Shown in pieces: positions 30,656 through 42,791 of a DNA stretch of 64,000 nucleotides. Under the pieces are notes generated by a model. That model saw only the letters and a program-made list of their open reading frames with translations, did no database searches and had not been told where the DNA came from. Where the stretch lies: NCBI GenBank assembly GCA_965213685.1, contig CBDBZY010000003.1, positions 32,001-96,000 of the forward strand, given 5' to 3'. Origin of the DNA: a bacterium (lineage in GTDB: Bacteria > UBA8248). The first letter of the stretch is position 1. Each line of letters starts with the position of its first letter. A program made the position numbers and the translations under genes.

Positions 30656-32017
30656 ATGAAAACCACCATCGTGAGACTCACCATCGCAATCGTCTTGGCG
30701 TGCGTCGCCACCAGTGCCTCCGCCGCGATTTCCGCCGATGCGGTTGCCCGCCTTGGCGGGGACCTCACCCCGCTGGGCGCGGAGCGCGCGGGCAACGCCG
30801 CCGGCACCATCCCGGAGTGGACGGGCGGCCTCACGGAGCCGCCGGCCGGCTATCGGCCCGGCGAGCACCACCGCGACCCCTACGCCGGCGACCGACCGCT
30901 TTTCGTCATCGACGCCAAGAATCTCGACAAACACCGCGACAAGGTGTCGACGGGGCACCAGAGGATGCTCGAGATATATCCGACGTTCCGGCTCCCGGTG
31001 TATCCCACCCGCCGCAGCGCCGCCTCCGCCCCGCAGCGCATCTACGACGCCACCCGGCGCGTCGCCGCGACCGCGAAGCTCGCGGCGGGCGGCAACGGCG
31101 TCGCGGGCGCGACGATAGGGACTCCGTTCCCGATTCCCCGGGACGGCGCGGAGGTGATCTGGAATCACCTGCTGCGCTATCGGGGGGAGGTCGCGAGGCG
31201 CATCATCGGCCAGGCCGCCGTCACGCGCGGCGGGGACTACACGCTCGTCAAGTTCGAGGACGCCTACATCATGCGCTACGCGCAGCCGGGCATGACGGAG
31301 GAGCGGCTCAACAACAAGATGCTGCTCTTCCGCCAGAACGTGCTCGCGCCGGCGCGGCTCGCGGGCAGCATCCTGCTGGTCTACGAGACGATGAACCAGG
31401 TCGCCGAGCCGCGCCACGCCTGGGTGTACAATCCCGGCCAGCGCAGGGTGCGGCGCGCCCCGAACGTCGCCTATGACAACCCGGGCACCGCGGCGGACGG
31501 GCTGCGGACGAGCGATCAGTTCGACATGTTCAACGGCGCTCTCGACCGCTACGACTGGCGGCTGCTCGGCAAGCGGGAGATGTATGTGCCCTACAACAGC
31601 TACAAGCTGCACAGCGACAAGCTGGCCTTCGCCGACATCCTCACCCCGCTGCACATCAATCCGGCGCATGCGCGCTACGAGCTGCACCGGGTCTGGGTGG
31701 TCGAGGCGACGCTCAAGGAGGGGGCGCGCCACATCTACAAGAGGCGCAGGTTCTACGTGGACGAGGACTCCTGGCACGTCCTGCTCGCGGACATCTATGA
31801 CAACAGGGATCAGCTCTGGCGCGTGTCGGAGGCCCACGTCGTCAACTATTACGAAAAATCCGTCGTGTCCTCGACCCTCGAGACGCACATCGATATCCAG
31901 GCGGGCCGCTACCTCGCCCTGGGGCTCAAGAACGAGTTCCCGATGATCGACTTCGACGCGAACCTCACGCCCAATGATTTCACGCCGGCGGCGTTGCGCC
32001 GCAGGGGAAGGCGATGA
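30656..32017 (+). CDS. DUF1329 family periplasmic protein
   Basis: LTPLGAERAGNAAGTIPEWTGG, PFPIP..GAEVIWNH, WVYNPGQRRVRRAP, RYELHRVWVVEATLK. Confidence 0.92.
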   Translation: MKTTIVRLTIAIVLACVATSASAAISADAVARLGGDLTPLGAERAGNAAGTIPEWTGGLTEPPAGYRPGEHHRDPYAGDRPLFVIDAKNLDKHRDKVSTGHQRMLEIYPTFRLPVYPTRRSAASAPQRIYDATRRVAATAKLAAGGNGVAGATIGTPFPIPRDGAEVIWNHLLRYRGEVARRIIGQAAVTRGGDYTLVKFEDAYIMRYAQPGMTEERLNNKMLLFRQNVLAPARLAGSILLVYETMNQVAEPRHAWVYNPGQRRVRRAPNVAYDNPGTAADGLRTSDQFDMFNGALDRYDWRLLGKREMYVPYNSYKLHSDKLAFADILTPLHINPAHARYELHRVWVVEATLKEGARHIYKRRRFYVDEDSWHVLLADIYDNRDQLWRVSEAHVVNYYEKSVVSSTLETHIDIQAGRYLALGLKNEFPMIDFDANLTPNDFTPAALRRRGRR

Positions 32018-33000
32018 GTGGGGGAGCCTTTCTTCGGCTTCGGGGACTGGATGGAAGGCGCCGGTGTTTTCTGCCGCTCGCCTTGGCCGCCTCGCTGCTG
32101 TTTCCCGCGGCGGCGCGCCCCGATCCGGCCGCGCGCGCACCGCTCGCCATCCGCTCTCTCCTGCTCGACGGCGCCTCCGTCGGCGCCCGGCTGGTGGTGG
32201 TGGGCGAGCGCGGCCACGTGCTGGTCTCCACCGATGCGGGCGCGAGCTGGAAACAGGCCCGGGTGCCCACCCGCGCCCTGCTCACGGCGGTGCACATGCA
32301 CGATGCGCGCACGGGCTGGGCGGTGGGGCACGACGCGGTGATTCTGCGCACCGACGACGGCGGCATGACCTGGCGGATGGTGCATCACGCGCCCCGGGAG
32401 GAGCGCCCCCTGCTCGACGTCTGGTTTCGCGACGCGCGCACCGGCTTCGCGGTGGGGGCGTACGGCTATTTTCTGGCCACCGGGGACGGCGGCCGCACCT
32501 GGACGCCGCGGATGATTGGCGAGGAGGATTTCCATTTCAACGTGTTGGCCCCCGCCGGGTCGGGTCGGCTGTTTCTCGCCGGGGAGTCGGGCGCCGTCTA
32601 CCGCACCGACGACGGCGGGGACACCTGGCGCAAGTTGTCCTCCCCCTACGTCGGTTCGTGGTTCGGCGCGCTCGCACTGGACGCGAACCGGCTGCTGCTG
32701 CTGGGGCTGCGGGGCCGCCTGTTTCGCTCCGAGGACGGGGGCGAGAGCTGGGCGCCGGTGCCCACCGCGACGAAGGCGACGCTGACCGGGGCGGTGCGCA
32801 TGAAATCCGGCTTGCTGCTTGTCACCGGTCTTGAAGGCACCCTGCTCGTCAGTCGCGACGGCGGGCGCAGCGTTTCGGTCGACGCCGCGTTCGGGACGCC
32901 GCCCTCCCGCCAGGGAATCTCGACGGCCATCGCGCTTGCCGACGGCGGCGCGCTGCTGCTGGGAGAATTCGGCGTCAAGCGCTTGTCCCGGACTCGGTAG
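32014..33000 (+). CDS. YCF48-related / BNR-repeat beta-propeller protein
   Basis: Repeated (S/T)xDxGxxW Asp-boxes; VGERGHVL, AVGHDAVIL, AVGAYG. Confidence 0.9.
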   Translation: MSGGAFLRLRGLDGRRRCFLPLALAASLLFPAAARPDPAARAPLAIRSLLLDGASVGARLVVVGERGHVLVSTDAGASWKQARVPTRALLTAVHMHDARTGWAVGHDAVILRTDDGGMTWRMVHHAPREERPLLDVWFRDARTGFAVGAYGYFLATGDGGRTWTPRMIGEEDFHFNVLAPAGSGRLFLAGESGAVYRTDDGGDTWRKLSSPYVGSWFGALALDANRLLLLGLRGRLFRSEDGGESWAPVPTATKATLTGAVRMKSGLLLVTGLEGTLLVSRDGGRSVSVDAAFGTPPSRQGISTAIALADGGALLLGEFGVKRLSRTR

Positions 33001-33010
33001 CCTCCCGCCG

Positions 33011-35374
33011 ATGCCGGACGCCTCCCCCTCCTCCCTTTCCTCCGAACCATCCCCCTTGACGGCGCGAATGGAGCGGATGCTGTTCTCGCGCCGCCGCCTC
33101 GTCCTCGCGGCGTTCGTCCTGCTCACGCTGGCGATGGCCTGGCTGGCCACCGGTTTGCGGGTCGACGCCGGCTTCACCAAGCTGGTGCCGCTTCAGCATG
33201 AGTACATGCGCACGTTTCTCAAGCATCGCGCCGAGTTCGCCGGTGCGGACCGCGTGGCGGTGGCGCTCGTGGCGCGACGCGGCGATATTTTTACGCCCGC
33301 GTTCTTCAGCCTGCTTCAGAAGGTGACCGACGCGGTCTTCTTCCTGCCGGGCGTGGATCGCACCCAGGTGTACTCCGTGTTCACGCCGAACGTGCGCTTC
33401 ACCGAGGTGGTGGAGGACGGCATCGCCGGCGGAAACGTGCTGCCGGCGGATTTTCGGCCGACGGAGGCCGGCTTCGCGCGGGTGCGCGAGAACATCGTCA
33501 AGGCGGGCATCGTCGGCCGGCTGGTGGCGAACGACTTCTCCGGCGCGCTCGTCAGCGCCAGGCTGCAGGAGTTTCATCCGAACACCGGCGAGCGGCTCGA
33601 CTATCTGGAGGTCGCGCGCGCCCTGGAGGCCATACGCCGGGAGGCGCAGGCCCACGGCGGCGTGGACGTCCACATCATCGGCTTCGCCAAGGCGGTGGGG
33701 GAGATTGCGTCGGGTGCGGCCGAGGTGCTGATGTTCTTCGGGGTCGCCGTCGCGATCACCGCCCTGTTCGTGTACGCCTACACCCGCTCGGCGCGCCTCG
33801 CCGCGATGCCGCTGGCCTGCTCTCTCGTCGCGGTGGTCTGGCAGCTCGGCGCGCTCGCCGGCCTCGGCTTCGGCGTTGACCCGATGTCCATCCTGGTGCC
33901 GTTTCTGGTGTTCGCCATCGGGGTGAGCCACGGGGTGCAGATGGTGAATTCCGTGCAGGCCGAGGGGGGCGGCCTCCTCGCCGCGCGGAGGAGCTTTCGC
34001 CGCCTGCTGCTGCCGGGGACGGTGGCACTCGCGTCCGACGCCATCGGGTTCGTGGCCATCTACCTCATCGAGGTGCGGGTCATTCAGGAGATCGCCATCA
34101 CCGCCAGCCTGGGCGTGGCGGCGGTCATACTCACGAACCTGGGCCTGCTGCCGGTCGCGCTCTCCTATCTGGAGGGAGGCGCAGGGGCGGAGCGGGGAGG
34201 GCGCACCCGTCTTTTCCGATCCCTCTGGGCGCGCGCCGCAAGGGTGGCCCAGCCGAGGCCCGCCGCCTGGGCGATCGGCGTGGCCGCGCTCCTGCTGCTG
34301 GTCGCTGCGCATTACGCTCCGCAGGTCCGGGTGGGCGATCAGCACCAGGGCGTGCCGGAGTTGCGCGCACACTCCACCTACAACCTCGACAGCGCGGTCA
34401 TCGCCGGCCGCTTCGACATCGGCGTGGACGTGTTGACGGTGATTGCCGAAACCGTGGCGCAAGGGTGCGTCGACCACGGGGTGATGCGCGCCATCGACGC
34501 GTTTGAGTGGCGGATGCGGAACGTGGACGGCGTTCGCTCGGTGGTGGGGCTCGCGGGGGTCGCCCGCAGGCTCAACGCCGGCTGGAACGAGGGGAGTCTC
34601 AAATGGCGCACCCTCCCGCGCAACAGTCAGCTGCTCGCGCAGTCCGTCGCCCTCGTGCCGACGAGCAGCGGGCTGCTCAACGCCGACTGCTCGGCGATGC
34701 CGGTCATGATCTACACCGCCGACCACAAGGCGGAGACCATCCGCCGGGTCGTCTCCGCCGTGAAGGCCTTCCGCGACGGGCGGAACGACGACAGGGTCTC
34801 CTTTCGCCTGGCCGCCGGAAACGTCGGGGTGATGGCGGCGACCAACGAGGAGATCGAGGCCTCCCAGTTCCCGATTCTCGGATACGTGTACGCCTCGGTG
34901 ATCGCGCTGTGCCTGGTCTCGTTCCGTTCGGTGACGGCGACGATCTGCATCATCTTCCCCCTCGCCCTGGTCTCCCTGCTCGCCTACGCGCTGATGGCGT
35001 TCCTGCAGATCGGGCTCAAGGTCTCCACGCTGCCCGTGGTGGCCCTCGGCGTGGGCATCGGGGTGGATTACGGGATATATATCTGCGGACGGCTCCTCGC
35101 CTACCTGGAGGAGGGGCTGGATTTCGCCGCGGCATACGAGCGGACGCTCGCCACTACGGGCGCCGGCGTGGTGCTCACCGGCCTGACGCTGGCGGTCGGA
35201 GTGGCGACGTGGATTCTCGCGCCCCTCAAGCTGCAGGCCGACATGGGCACGGTGCTCTCGTTCATGTTTCTCGTCAACATGGTGGGCGCCATCGTGCTGC
35301 TGCCCGCACTCGGCGCGTTTCTGGTGAGGCCCGGGGCGCGGAAGAACGCCCGACCGGGGCGGGCGGGCGGATGA
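33011..35374 (+). CDS. MMPL/RND family transporter
   Basis: VDAGFTKLVP..HEY, VFTPNVRF, PFLVFAIGVSHGVQ, LPVVALGVGIGVDYGIY, LKLQADMG. Confidence 0.9.
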   Translation: MPDASPSSLSSEPSPLTARMERMLFSRRRLVLAAFVLLTLAMAWLATGLRVDAGFTKLVPLQHEYMRTFLKHRAEFAGADRVAVALVARRGDIFTPAFFSLLQKVTDAVFFLPGVDRTQVYSVFTPNVRFTEVVEDGIAGGNVLPADFRPTEAGFARVRENIVKAGIVGRLVANDFSGALVSARLQEFHPNTGERLDYLEVARALEAIRREAQAHGGVDVHIIGFAKAVGEIASGAAEVLMFFGVAVAITALFVYAYTRSARLAAMPLACSLVAVVWQLGALAGLGFGVDPMSILVPFLVFAIGVSHGVQMVNSVQAEGGGLLAARRSFRRLLLPGTVALASDAIGFVAIYLIEVRVIQEIAITASLGVAAVILTNLGLLPVALSYLEGGAGAERGGRTRLFRSLWARAARVAQPRPAAWAIGVAALLLLVAAHYAPQVRVGDQHQGVPELRAHSTYNLDSAVIAGRFDIGVDVLTVIAETVAQGCVDHGVMRAIDAFEWRMRNVDGVRSVVGLAGVARRLNAGWNEGSLKWRTLPRNSQLLAQSVALVPTSSGLLNADCSAMPVMIYTADHKAETIRRVVSAVKAFRDGRNDDRVSFRLAAGNVGVMAATNEEIEASQFPILGYVYASVIALCLVSFRSVTATICIIFPLALVSLLAYALMAFLQIGLKVSTLPVVALGVGIGVDYGIYICGRLLAYLEEGLDFAAAYERTLATTGAGVVLTGLTLAVGVATWILAPLKLQADMGTVLSFMFLVNMVGAIVLLPALGAFLVRPGARKNARPGRAGG

Positions 35375-35501
35375 CGCCCATCCGCACCGGCCGGCATCTG
35401 CGTCCCGCTTTGCCGAGCGGGCAACGCGACTCTACCGGCGGGCTTTTCGCGCTCTCCTCGGGCGTTGGCCGCAAACGCGAGATGAGAGGAGCGTCCCGTT
35501 G

Positions 35502-35960
35502 ATGAGGGGTCGCGCCCCCGCCGTTCCGTCCGCCTTGGCCGCGCTCGTCTTGCTCTGCGGATGGGCCGAGGCCCAATCGCCATTCGATAGGGGCGTGGTG
35601 CGCATCACGCAAGACGGGCGCGAGGCGCGCCTCAAAGTCGAGATCGCCCGGAATCGCCGCACCCGCGCGAGGGGGCTCATGGGCCGCGCGCACCTGGCCG
35701 AGAATGCGGGGATGCTCTTTGTTTTTGAGGGGGAGGAGCGCCGGTTTTTCTGGATGAAAAACACGCGGATTCCCCTGTCGCTCGCCTTCATCGGCCCGGA
35801 GGGGCACGTTCTGGAGATCGTCCACCTCCAGCCGCACAAGCCGGGGAGGAGGATTCCCTCCTACACCTCCCGCCGCAAGGTGCGGTGGGTACTGGAGGTG
35901 AACCAGGGCTGGTTCCTGCGCAATGGCTTCGGGCTGGGCGCGCGCGTGCTCATGGAGTGA
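35502..35960 (+). CDS. DUF192 domain protein
   Basis: VEIA..RARGLMGR..GMLFVF..FWMKNTRIPLSLAFI..VLEVNQG. Confidence 0.9.
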   Translation: MRGRAPAVPSALAALVLLCGWAEAQSPFDRGVVRITQDGREARLKVEIARNRRTRARGLMGRAHLAENAGMLFVFEGEERRFFWMKNTRIPLSLAFIGPEGHVLEIVHLQPHKPGRRIPSYTSRRKVRWVLEVNQGWFLRNGFGLGARVLME

Positions 35961-37017
35961 ACCCGCGCGCCGCGTCGGTCGCTTTTCGGCCGAGGGGCAG
36001 AAGCGGCATGACTTCTGCGGCGAAGCGCTCCATCTCCTCGAACATGGGGTGGAACTGGAGCAAAAACAATTCCACCCCCGCCTCGTGAAACGCCATGATG
36101 CGGCGGGCGATGGTTTGCGGGGAGCCGACGAGTCCCGTCGCCGTGCCGCCGTTCGAGCCCACGCCGCCCGCCCGCGCGCTCGTTTTCCTGTGCTGGGCGG
36201 CCCTGTCGACCCCCTGGAGTTTTGGCGCCTCCGTGATGAGCGAGAAAAGACGCCCGAGTTCCGCCTGGGCTTCCGCGTCGCTCTCGCGGCAGACGATGAA
36301 AGAACTCATCCCGTGGCGCACCCGTCTGCCGTGCGCCTCCGCCTCCCGGTTCACGTCGGCCATCAACGCCTGCGCGTCCGCGAGCGGGCGGCCGTTGAAC
36401 AGGAATACGTCCGCCGCCTTGCCGGCCAGCTGCACGGCGGCGGTGGATTCGCCCCCGAAGTAGAACGTGGGCCAGGGCTTTCGCACGGGCCTGGGGGAGG
36501 TGACCCCCTCGGTGATCCGGAAATACCTGCCCTGGAAGCTGAACCGATCCTCCGTCCAGTAGGATTTGAGGATGCGCATCACCTCCTCGGAGAGCGCATA
36601 GCGCTCGTCGTGCGGCGGGAAGGGGATGCCCGCCATCTCGTTCTCCTGCGCCCACCAGCCCGAGACGATGTTGATGGCGAAGCGCCCCCCGCTGATGCGG
36701 TCGATGTTCGCCCCCATCTGGGCGACGAGCGCGGGGTGCCGGTAGGCGCTTTTGGCGGCGACGATGAGTTCGATCTTCTCGGTGACGGGGGCGAGCGCCG
36801 CCGCGGTAATCCAGGCCTCCAGAACGGGCGCGCCCACGCCCTTGATGCTGTTGAGGCTTCTGTCGAGCAGCAGGGTGCTCGCAAAGCCCAGCGCCTCCGC
36901 GCGCTGGACGTAGCGCGCATTGTGCGCGAAGGAGGCCTCCTTCACCGTCTCGGGCCTTTCGACGCGACCGAGAAACGTGCCCCACACGGGCGCCCATACG
37001 CCCATTCTCAACGTCAT
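35950..37017 (-). CDS. LLM-class flavin-dependent monooxygenase (SfnG/SsuD-like)
   Basis: AEALGF, LEAWITAAALA, IDRISGGRFAINIVSGW, YFGGES, LVGSPQTIA. Confidence 0.9.
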   Translation of the reverse strand: MTLRMGVWAPVWGTFLGRVERPETVKEASFAHNARYVQRAEALGFASTLLLDRSLNSIKGVGAPVLEAWITAAALAPVTEKIELIVAAKSAYRHPALVAQMGANIDRISGGRFAINIVSGWWAQENEMAGIPFPPHDERYALSEEVMRILKSYWTEDRFSFQGRYFRITEGVTSPRPVRKPWPTFYFGGESTAAVQLAGKAADVFLFNGRPLADAQALMADVNREAEAHGRRVRHGMSSFIVCRESDAEAQAELGRLFSLITEAPKLQGVDRAAQHRKTSARAGGVGSNGGTATGLVGSPQTIARRIMAFHEAGVELFLLQFHPMFEEMERFAAEVMPLLPLGRKATDAARGFTP

Positions 37018-37102
37018 GTCCGCTCCCGTCCTCCGCATGGATGAACGAAATCTATCATCCATTCCGCCTGCAAGTCTTGTGGTTCGCGTTCATTTTATTC
37101 GT

Positions 37103-37362
37103 TCAAGGAATCGGGAATGGATACACAGGCTCGTCGCCAGATGTTTTGCCGGTCAACCAAAGGAGGGTCGATTCGAGATGACGGAAACTTCTTGATTGAT
37201 TCCGAAGCCGGTCAAAATCCAATGCTGCGGTGAATTTTGCCTGGTCTCTGGTGGGTTTGTATGATTTCTCCGCTTTCATAGCGCTCGGAGGAGTTGCGGA
37301 ATAGCGGATTGATCGCCCGCGCCCTCCAGTATGAGTGCCGGTTTTCGACAATCTGAAATCAT
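37103..37362 (-). pseudogene. DUF4276-like (TOPRIM-related) gene with large internal deletion
   Basis: TAATG-coupled ATG at 37362 gives MISDCRKPALILEGAGDQSAIPQLLRAL* (stop 37276-37278); another frame gives the C-terminal-like YKPTRDQAKFTAALDFDRLRNQSRSFRHLE; the middle is absent. Confidence 0.65.
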
Positions 37363-38564
37363 TACCCATGGATGCCTTCAATCGACATGAGCTCTCCCAA
37401 AGTGAATAAGCGGTCTCTCGCCGCGTTGAGTTGGGACTTGTGCAGTTCGCCGGCTTTCGTGATCCCGCCGTCGAGTTCGACGGCGATGATTTGCTCGGGC
37501 TGGAATTGATCCAAAAATTCCGGGCTGTGCGTGGTGACGAGAATTTGGGCGGTCCGGGAGACTTCCTTGATGGAGTCTGTAATCAGCCGCAAGGCACCGG
37601 GGTGAACCGTGAGTTCCGGCTCTTCGAGTGCGATGGTGTCCGGCTTCGGGTCCTGGTACAAAGCGACGAGAAGCCCGAGTATGCGGAGGGTGCCGTCCGA
37701 CATCTGGTTCACGTTGAAAGTAGGGGTTTTGTTTTTGTTTTGTTTGCTGATTTGGAATTGCGGCGTCAGATAACCGGCGACGCTTTGCATTTTGACGTTT
37801 TCCAGACCGGGAACTACCTGCTGAAGAGAGTGGATGATCTCGGAAACCGCTTCCGCGCGTTTTCGACCCCTCCTTCTCATATGTTTGAGTATGGACGCCA
37901 GATTTTTTCCTTGTGTTTCCAGGTAAATCTCCTTGCTCTGGTTTTGTGGGGTGCGCAATGTATTCGGAAAAATGGCGTATGATTCAAAATTCCCCAACAT
38001 CTCCCTCAGCCTGGAGAAATCGCTTGCATACCGCGAGTTCAGGAAAAAGTCGTCCGGATCTTCTGTGGGTTCCTTGCTGCTCCCCGAAGGAGGTCGATCT
38101 GCAGAGGGCGTGCTCGAAAGTTGATCGAACAGCGTCGGCTCCTCTGACTCCTCCGCATTGACGTACCGAACGACTGTGTCTTCAGATCGCGTTCTCGAAT
38201 AGCAGTAAGTTTCGGGATGTTTTGCAATTTCCCCGGATTCGCTCCAGATTTCATATCCGTCGCGCAGGGAGCGTAGCGTGAAGGAGAATTCTCCGCGCCA
38301 TCCTTTCCGTGCGGTCTCGAGCTGCAGGGAAACGTCATAGGGCCTCGTAGGAGACCATTGCCGTATCGTCTGAATGCCGTGTCTGTCATTGATCGCCTGG
38401 TCGAGGCCATTTTTCAGGGCGTCGCGGACAAATTTGATCGCGTCTATGATGTTGCTTTTGCCGACCCCGTTCGGACCGACCAGAACATGGACGTCGCCCA
38501 GGTTCAAATCTATGTGTTCGATGCTTCTGTAGTGGCTGATGGAGAGTTTGGTAATCAAAGCCAC
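37362..38564 (-). CDS. AAA_21/SMC-like ABC ATPase
   Basis: ISHYRSI, LVGPNGVGKSN, MSDGTLR, LEEPELTVHP, VTTHSP; visibly lower GC than the flanks. Confidence 0.88.
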   Translation of the reverse strand: MALITKLSISHYRSIEHIDLNLGDVHVLVGPNGVGKSNIIDAIKFVRDALKNGLDQAINDRHGIQTIRQWSPTRPYDVSLQLETARKGWRGEFSFTLRSLRDGYEIWSESGEIAKHPETYCYSRTRSEDTVVRYVNAEESEEPTLFDQLSSTPSADRPPSGSSKEPTEDPDDFFLNSRYASDFSRLREMLGNFESYAIFPNTLRTPQNQSKEIYLETQGKNLASILKHMRRRGRKRAEAVSEIIHSLQQVVPGLENVKMQSVAGYLTPQFQISKQNKNKTPTFNVNQMSDGTLRILGLLVALYQDPKPDTIALEEPELTVHPGALRLITDSIKEVSRTAQILVTTHSPEFLDQFQPEQIIAVELDGGITKAGELHKSQLNAARDRLFTLGELMSIEGIHG

Positions 38565-38731
38565 GCAACCTCATGGACGCGCGGTCCGGATGTATTCAAG
38601 CGGATACGAATGGTAGATTTTTCGGCCCGCGTTTTTCGGGCACGGGCAATCGCTCCCCACCCCCCAAACCCCCCGCCAGGCGTTTGTCCGGGCGGGGATG
38701 GCGCGTGGCGAAGCGCGGGCGGAGGAGAGGG

Positions 38732-40600
<1,869 letters not shown>

Positions 40601-40644
40601 TTATCAACGTGTCGGCGAAAGGGAAACCATCGGAGGTGAAAGAC

Positions 40645-40725
40645 CTGTCGCTTCCCTACGCCGGCGCTAACCGGTTCAGGTTCGAAGGGTTTGTTCTCAG
40701 CCTGCAAGGCACCCCCAGCGAACTT
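40645..40725 (-). ncRNA. TPP riboswitch
   Basis: Minus strand tcgctGGGGGTGC..GCTGAGA..ACCCTTCGAACCTGAACCGGTTAGCGCCGGCGTAGGGAAgcga upstream of thiC. Confidence 0.93.
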
Positions 40726-40886
40726 TCCATCTCCAAGAGTAGCAGGGGTTGGGCCGGGAGTCAAAAGGGAAATCGAGCGGGAGAGACGATTTGCCCGGCC
40801 TCCGTTTCGTAGTGGCGGGGGGCGCGTTCTGCTATCATGGGACGTTGCGGTTCGGGACGTCCCGGAGCCTGGACGGGGGAGGGCGA

Positions 40887-42791
40887 ATGCCGTTGAGCGT
40901 GAAGCGGAGGTGGGCGTGCGCCGTGGCGGCGGCCGCGTTTTTGGTTTTCTCGGGCGCGTTGTCGAACCCGTTCATGCACGACGACATCGCCATCATCGGA
41001 GAGAACCCCCTCGTGCGCGAGAGCGGCCGCACTCTCGAGGCGTTTCGGCACGACTACTGGGCGGCGGTGGAGACGAGCGAGAAAAGAGACCGCCTCTACC
41101 GGCCCCTCACCATCGCCTCCTTCGCGCTGAACCACGCCCTGGGCGGCATGAACGTGACGGGCTACAGAATCGCCAACGTGTCGCTCCACGCCCTCGCCTG
41201 CGTCATTTTGTTCTGGCTGTCCCTGCGCTTCGGGCTTTCCCCGGGCGCGGCGGGGGCGGTCTCCTTGCTGTTCGCCCTGCATCCGGTTCACACCGAGGCG
41301 GTGAACGCCGTCGTCGCGCGCGCCGACCTGATGGCCGCCGTGGGCGTTTTCGGGGGATTGGGGCTTCTCCTGGGGGTTGCGCTCCCGAGAGCGGAAACGC
41401 GGAGCGCGGAGGGGGGCGGCGGAGGAGGAGAGGAGGGGAGGGACGCCTCGCCGCTTCCGGGCGTTCTCCTGCCGGTTGGCCTCGCCTGCGCGCTCTGTCT
41501 TTTTGCGCTGCTCTCCAAAGAGGCCGGCGTCGCCCTGCTGCTCACCGCCCTCTTGTGGTGGCTCTGGGGACGATATGCGTGGGAGCGTGCGCATCGTCCC
41601 CCTTTCCGGCATACGCTCATCGCCATCTGCGCCTTGGGCCTCGTCCTTCTCGCGTATGTGTGGATGCGGTATGCGGCACTGGGGATGCTGGTGCGCCCCT
41701 ATCCGCCATCCAGGCTGGACAACGTCGCCGCCCTCCTGCCGGCGGGCGGGCGAATCCTCGTCGCCCTCGGCGTCCTGGGCCGCTGCGTCCATCTCCTGGT
41801 TTGGCCGTGGCCGCTGAGCGTGGACTATTCCTTCGCGCAGATTCCGGTGGAGGGGGCGGAAGTCCTCCTCTGGATGGCGGCGGGGGTCTCCTGCCTGGTG
41901 GGGTGGGGCTATGGCGCCTGGCGCCTGCGGAGGGATATGCCGTGGATCGCCTTCGGGCTGGCCCTCTTTGTCGGGGGATATTTTCCCGTCAGCAACTTGG
42001 CGATTCCGGTTGGCACCATCATGGCCGAGCGGGCGCTCTACATTCCCTCGGCCGGTTTTCTGATCGCAGCGGCACCGACGGCGGGCGCGCTGCTCTCCCG
42101 GGGGGGCTGGCGAACTCCCGCAACCGCGCTCGCGGGCGTCTGCCTGCTCTTCGGCGTCTTGACGGCGCAGCGAAACCACGAGTGGGGCGAGACGCTCCGC
42201 TTCTGGCGGCGGACGGCCGAAGTGTCGCCCCGCAGCGCGCGCGCGCAAAGGGTGTATGGGCTGGCGCTGATCGCGCAGAAAAAATTCGGGGAGGCCATCG
42301 CGCCCCTGCGCAAGGCGGTGGAGATTTATCCCGTCTATGATTACGCTTGGGTGGATCTGGGCATCGCGCAGATGCGGATCGGCGAGGAGGCCGGGGCCGA
42401 AATATCCCTCAAGCGCGCCTTGCGGCTCAACGAGAATAACGCGGAGGGACACCTGGCGCTGGGCGCGCTGTATATGGGCGCGAACCGGGGCGACCTGGCG
42501 CGGCCCCGCCTCGAGCGGGCGGTGCGCCTCAAGCCGACGCTGGAGGAGGCGCGTTTCAACCTGGGCACCCTGTATCTGCGGGCGGGGCGGAGGCTTCTGG
42601 CGATAGGGCAGTTCCGGGCGGCGCTGCGGCTCCGGCCGGACCATGGAGGCGCGCACCACAATCTGGCGCTGGCGCTCTTCCTGGAGCGCGACCGGAGAGG
42701 TGCTCGAGAACACGCGAGGGAGGCGGAGAGGCTCGGCGCGCCGCTTCCGGCGGCGTTCATGAGGGAATTATTGGGGCGCGGGCGGCCCTAG
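40887..42791 (+). CDS. TMTC-like GT-C glycosyltransferase with C-terminal TPR repeats
   Basis: FMHDD..I..N, YRPLT, LFALHPVHTEAV..ARADL, LLSKE, PLSVDY, AERALYIPS, RNHEW; TPR repeats. Confidence 0.82.
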   Translation: MPLSVKRRWACAVAAAAFLVFSGALSNPFMHDDIAIIGENPLVRESGRTLEAFRHDYWAAVETSEKRDRLYRPLTIASFALNHALGGMNVTGYRIANVSLHALACVILFWLSLRFGLSPGAAGAVSLLFALHPVHTEAVNAVVARADLMAAVGVFGGLGLLLGVALPRAETRSAEGGGGGGEEGRDASPLPGVLLPVGLACALCLFALLSKEAGVALLLTALLWWLWGRYAWERAHRPPFRHTLIAICALGLVLLAYVWMRYAALGMLVRPYPPSRLDNVAALLPAGGRILVALGVLGRCVHLLVWPWPLSVDYSFAQIPVEGAEVLLWMAAGVSCLVGWGYGAWRLRRDMPWIAFGLALFVGGYFPVSNLAIPVGTIMAERALYIPSAGFLIAAAPTAGALLSRGGWRTPATALAGVCLLFGVLTAQRNHEWGETLRFWRRTAEVSPRSARAQRVYGLALIAQKKFGEAIAPLRKAVEIYPVYDYAWVDLGIAQMRIGEEAGAEISLKRALRLNENNAEGHLALGALYMGANRGDLARPRLERAVRLKPTLEEARFNLGTLYLRAGRRLLAIGQFRAALRLRPDHGGAHHNLALALFLERDRRGAREHAREAERLGAPLPAAFMRELLGRGRP

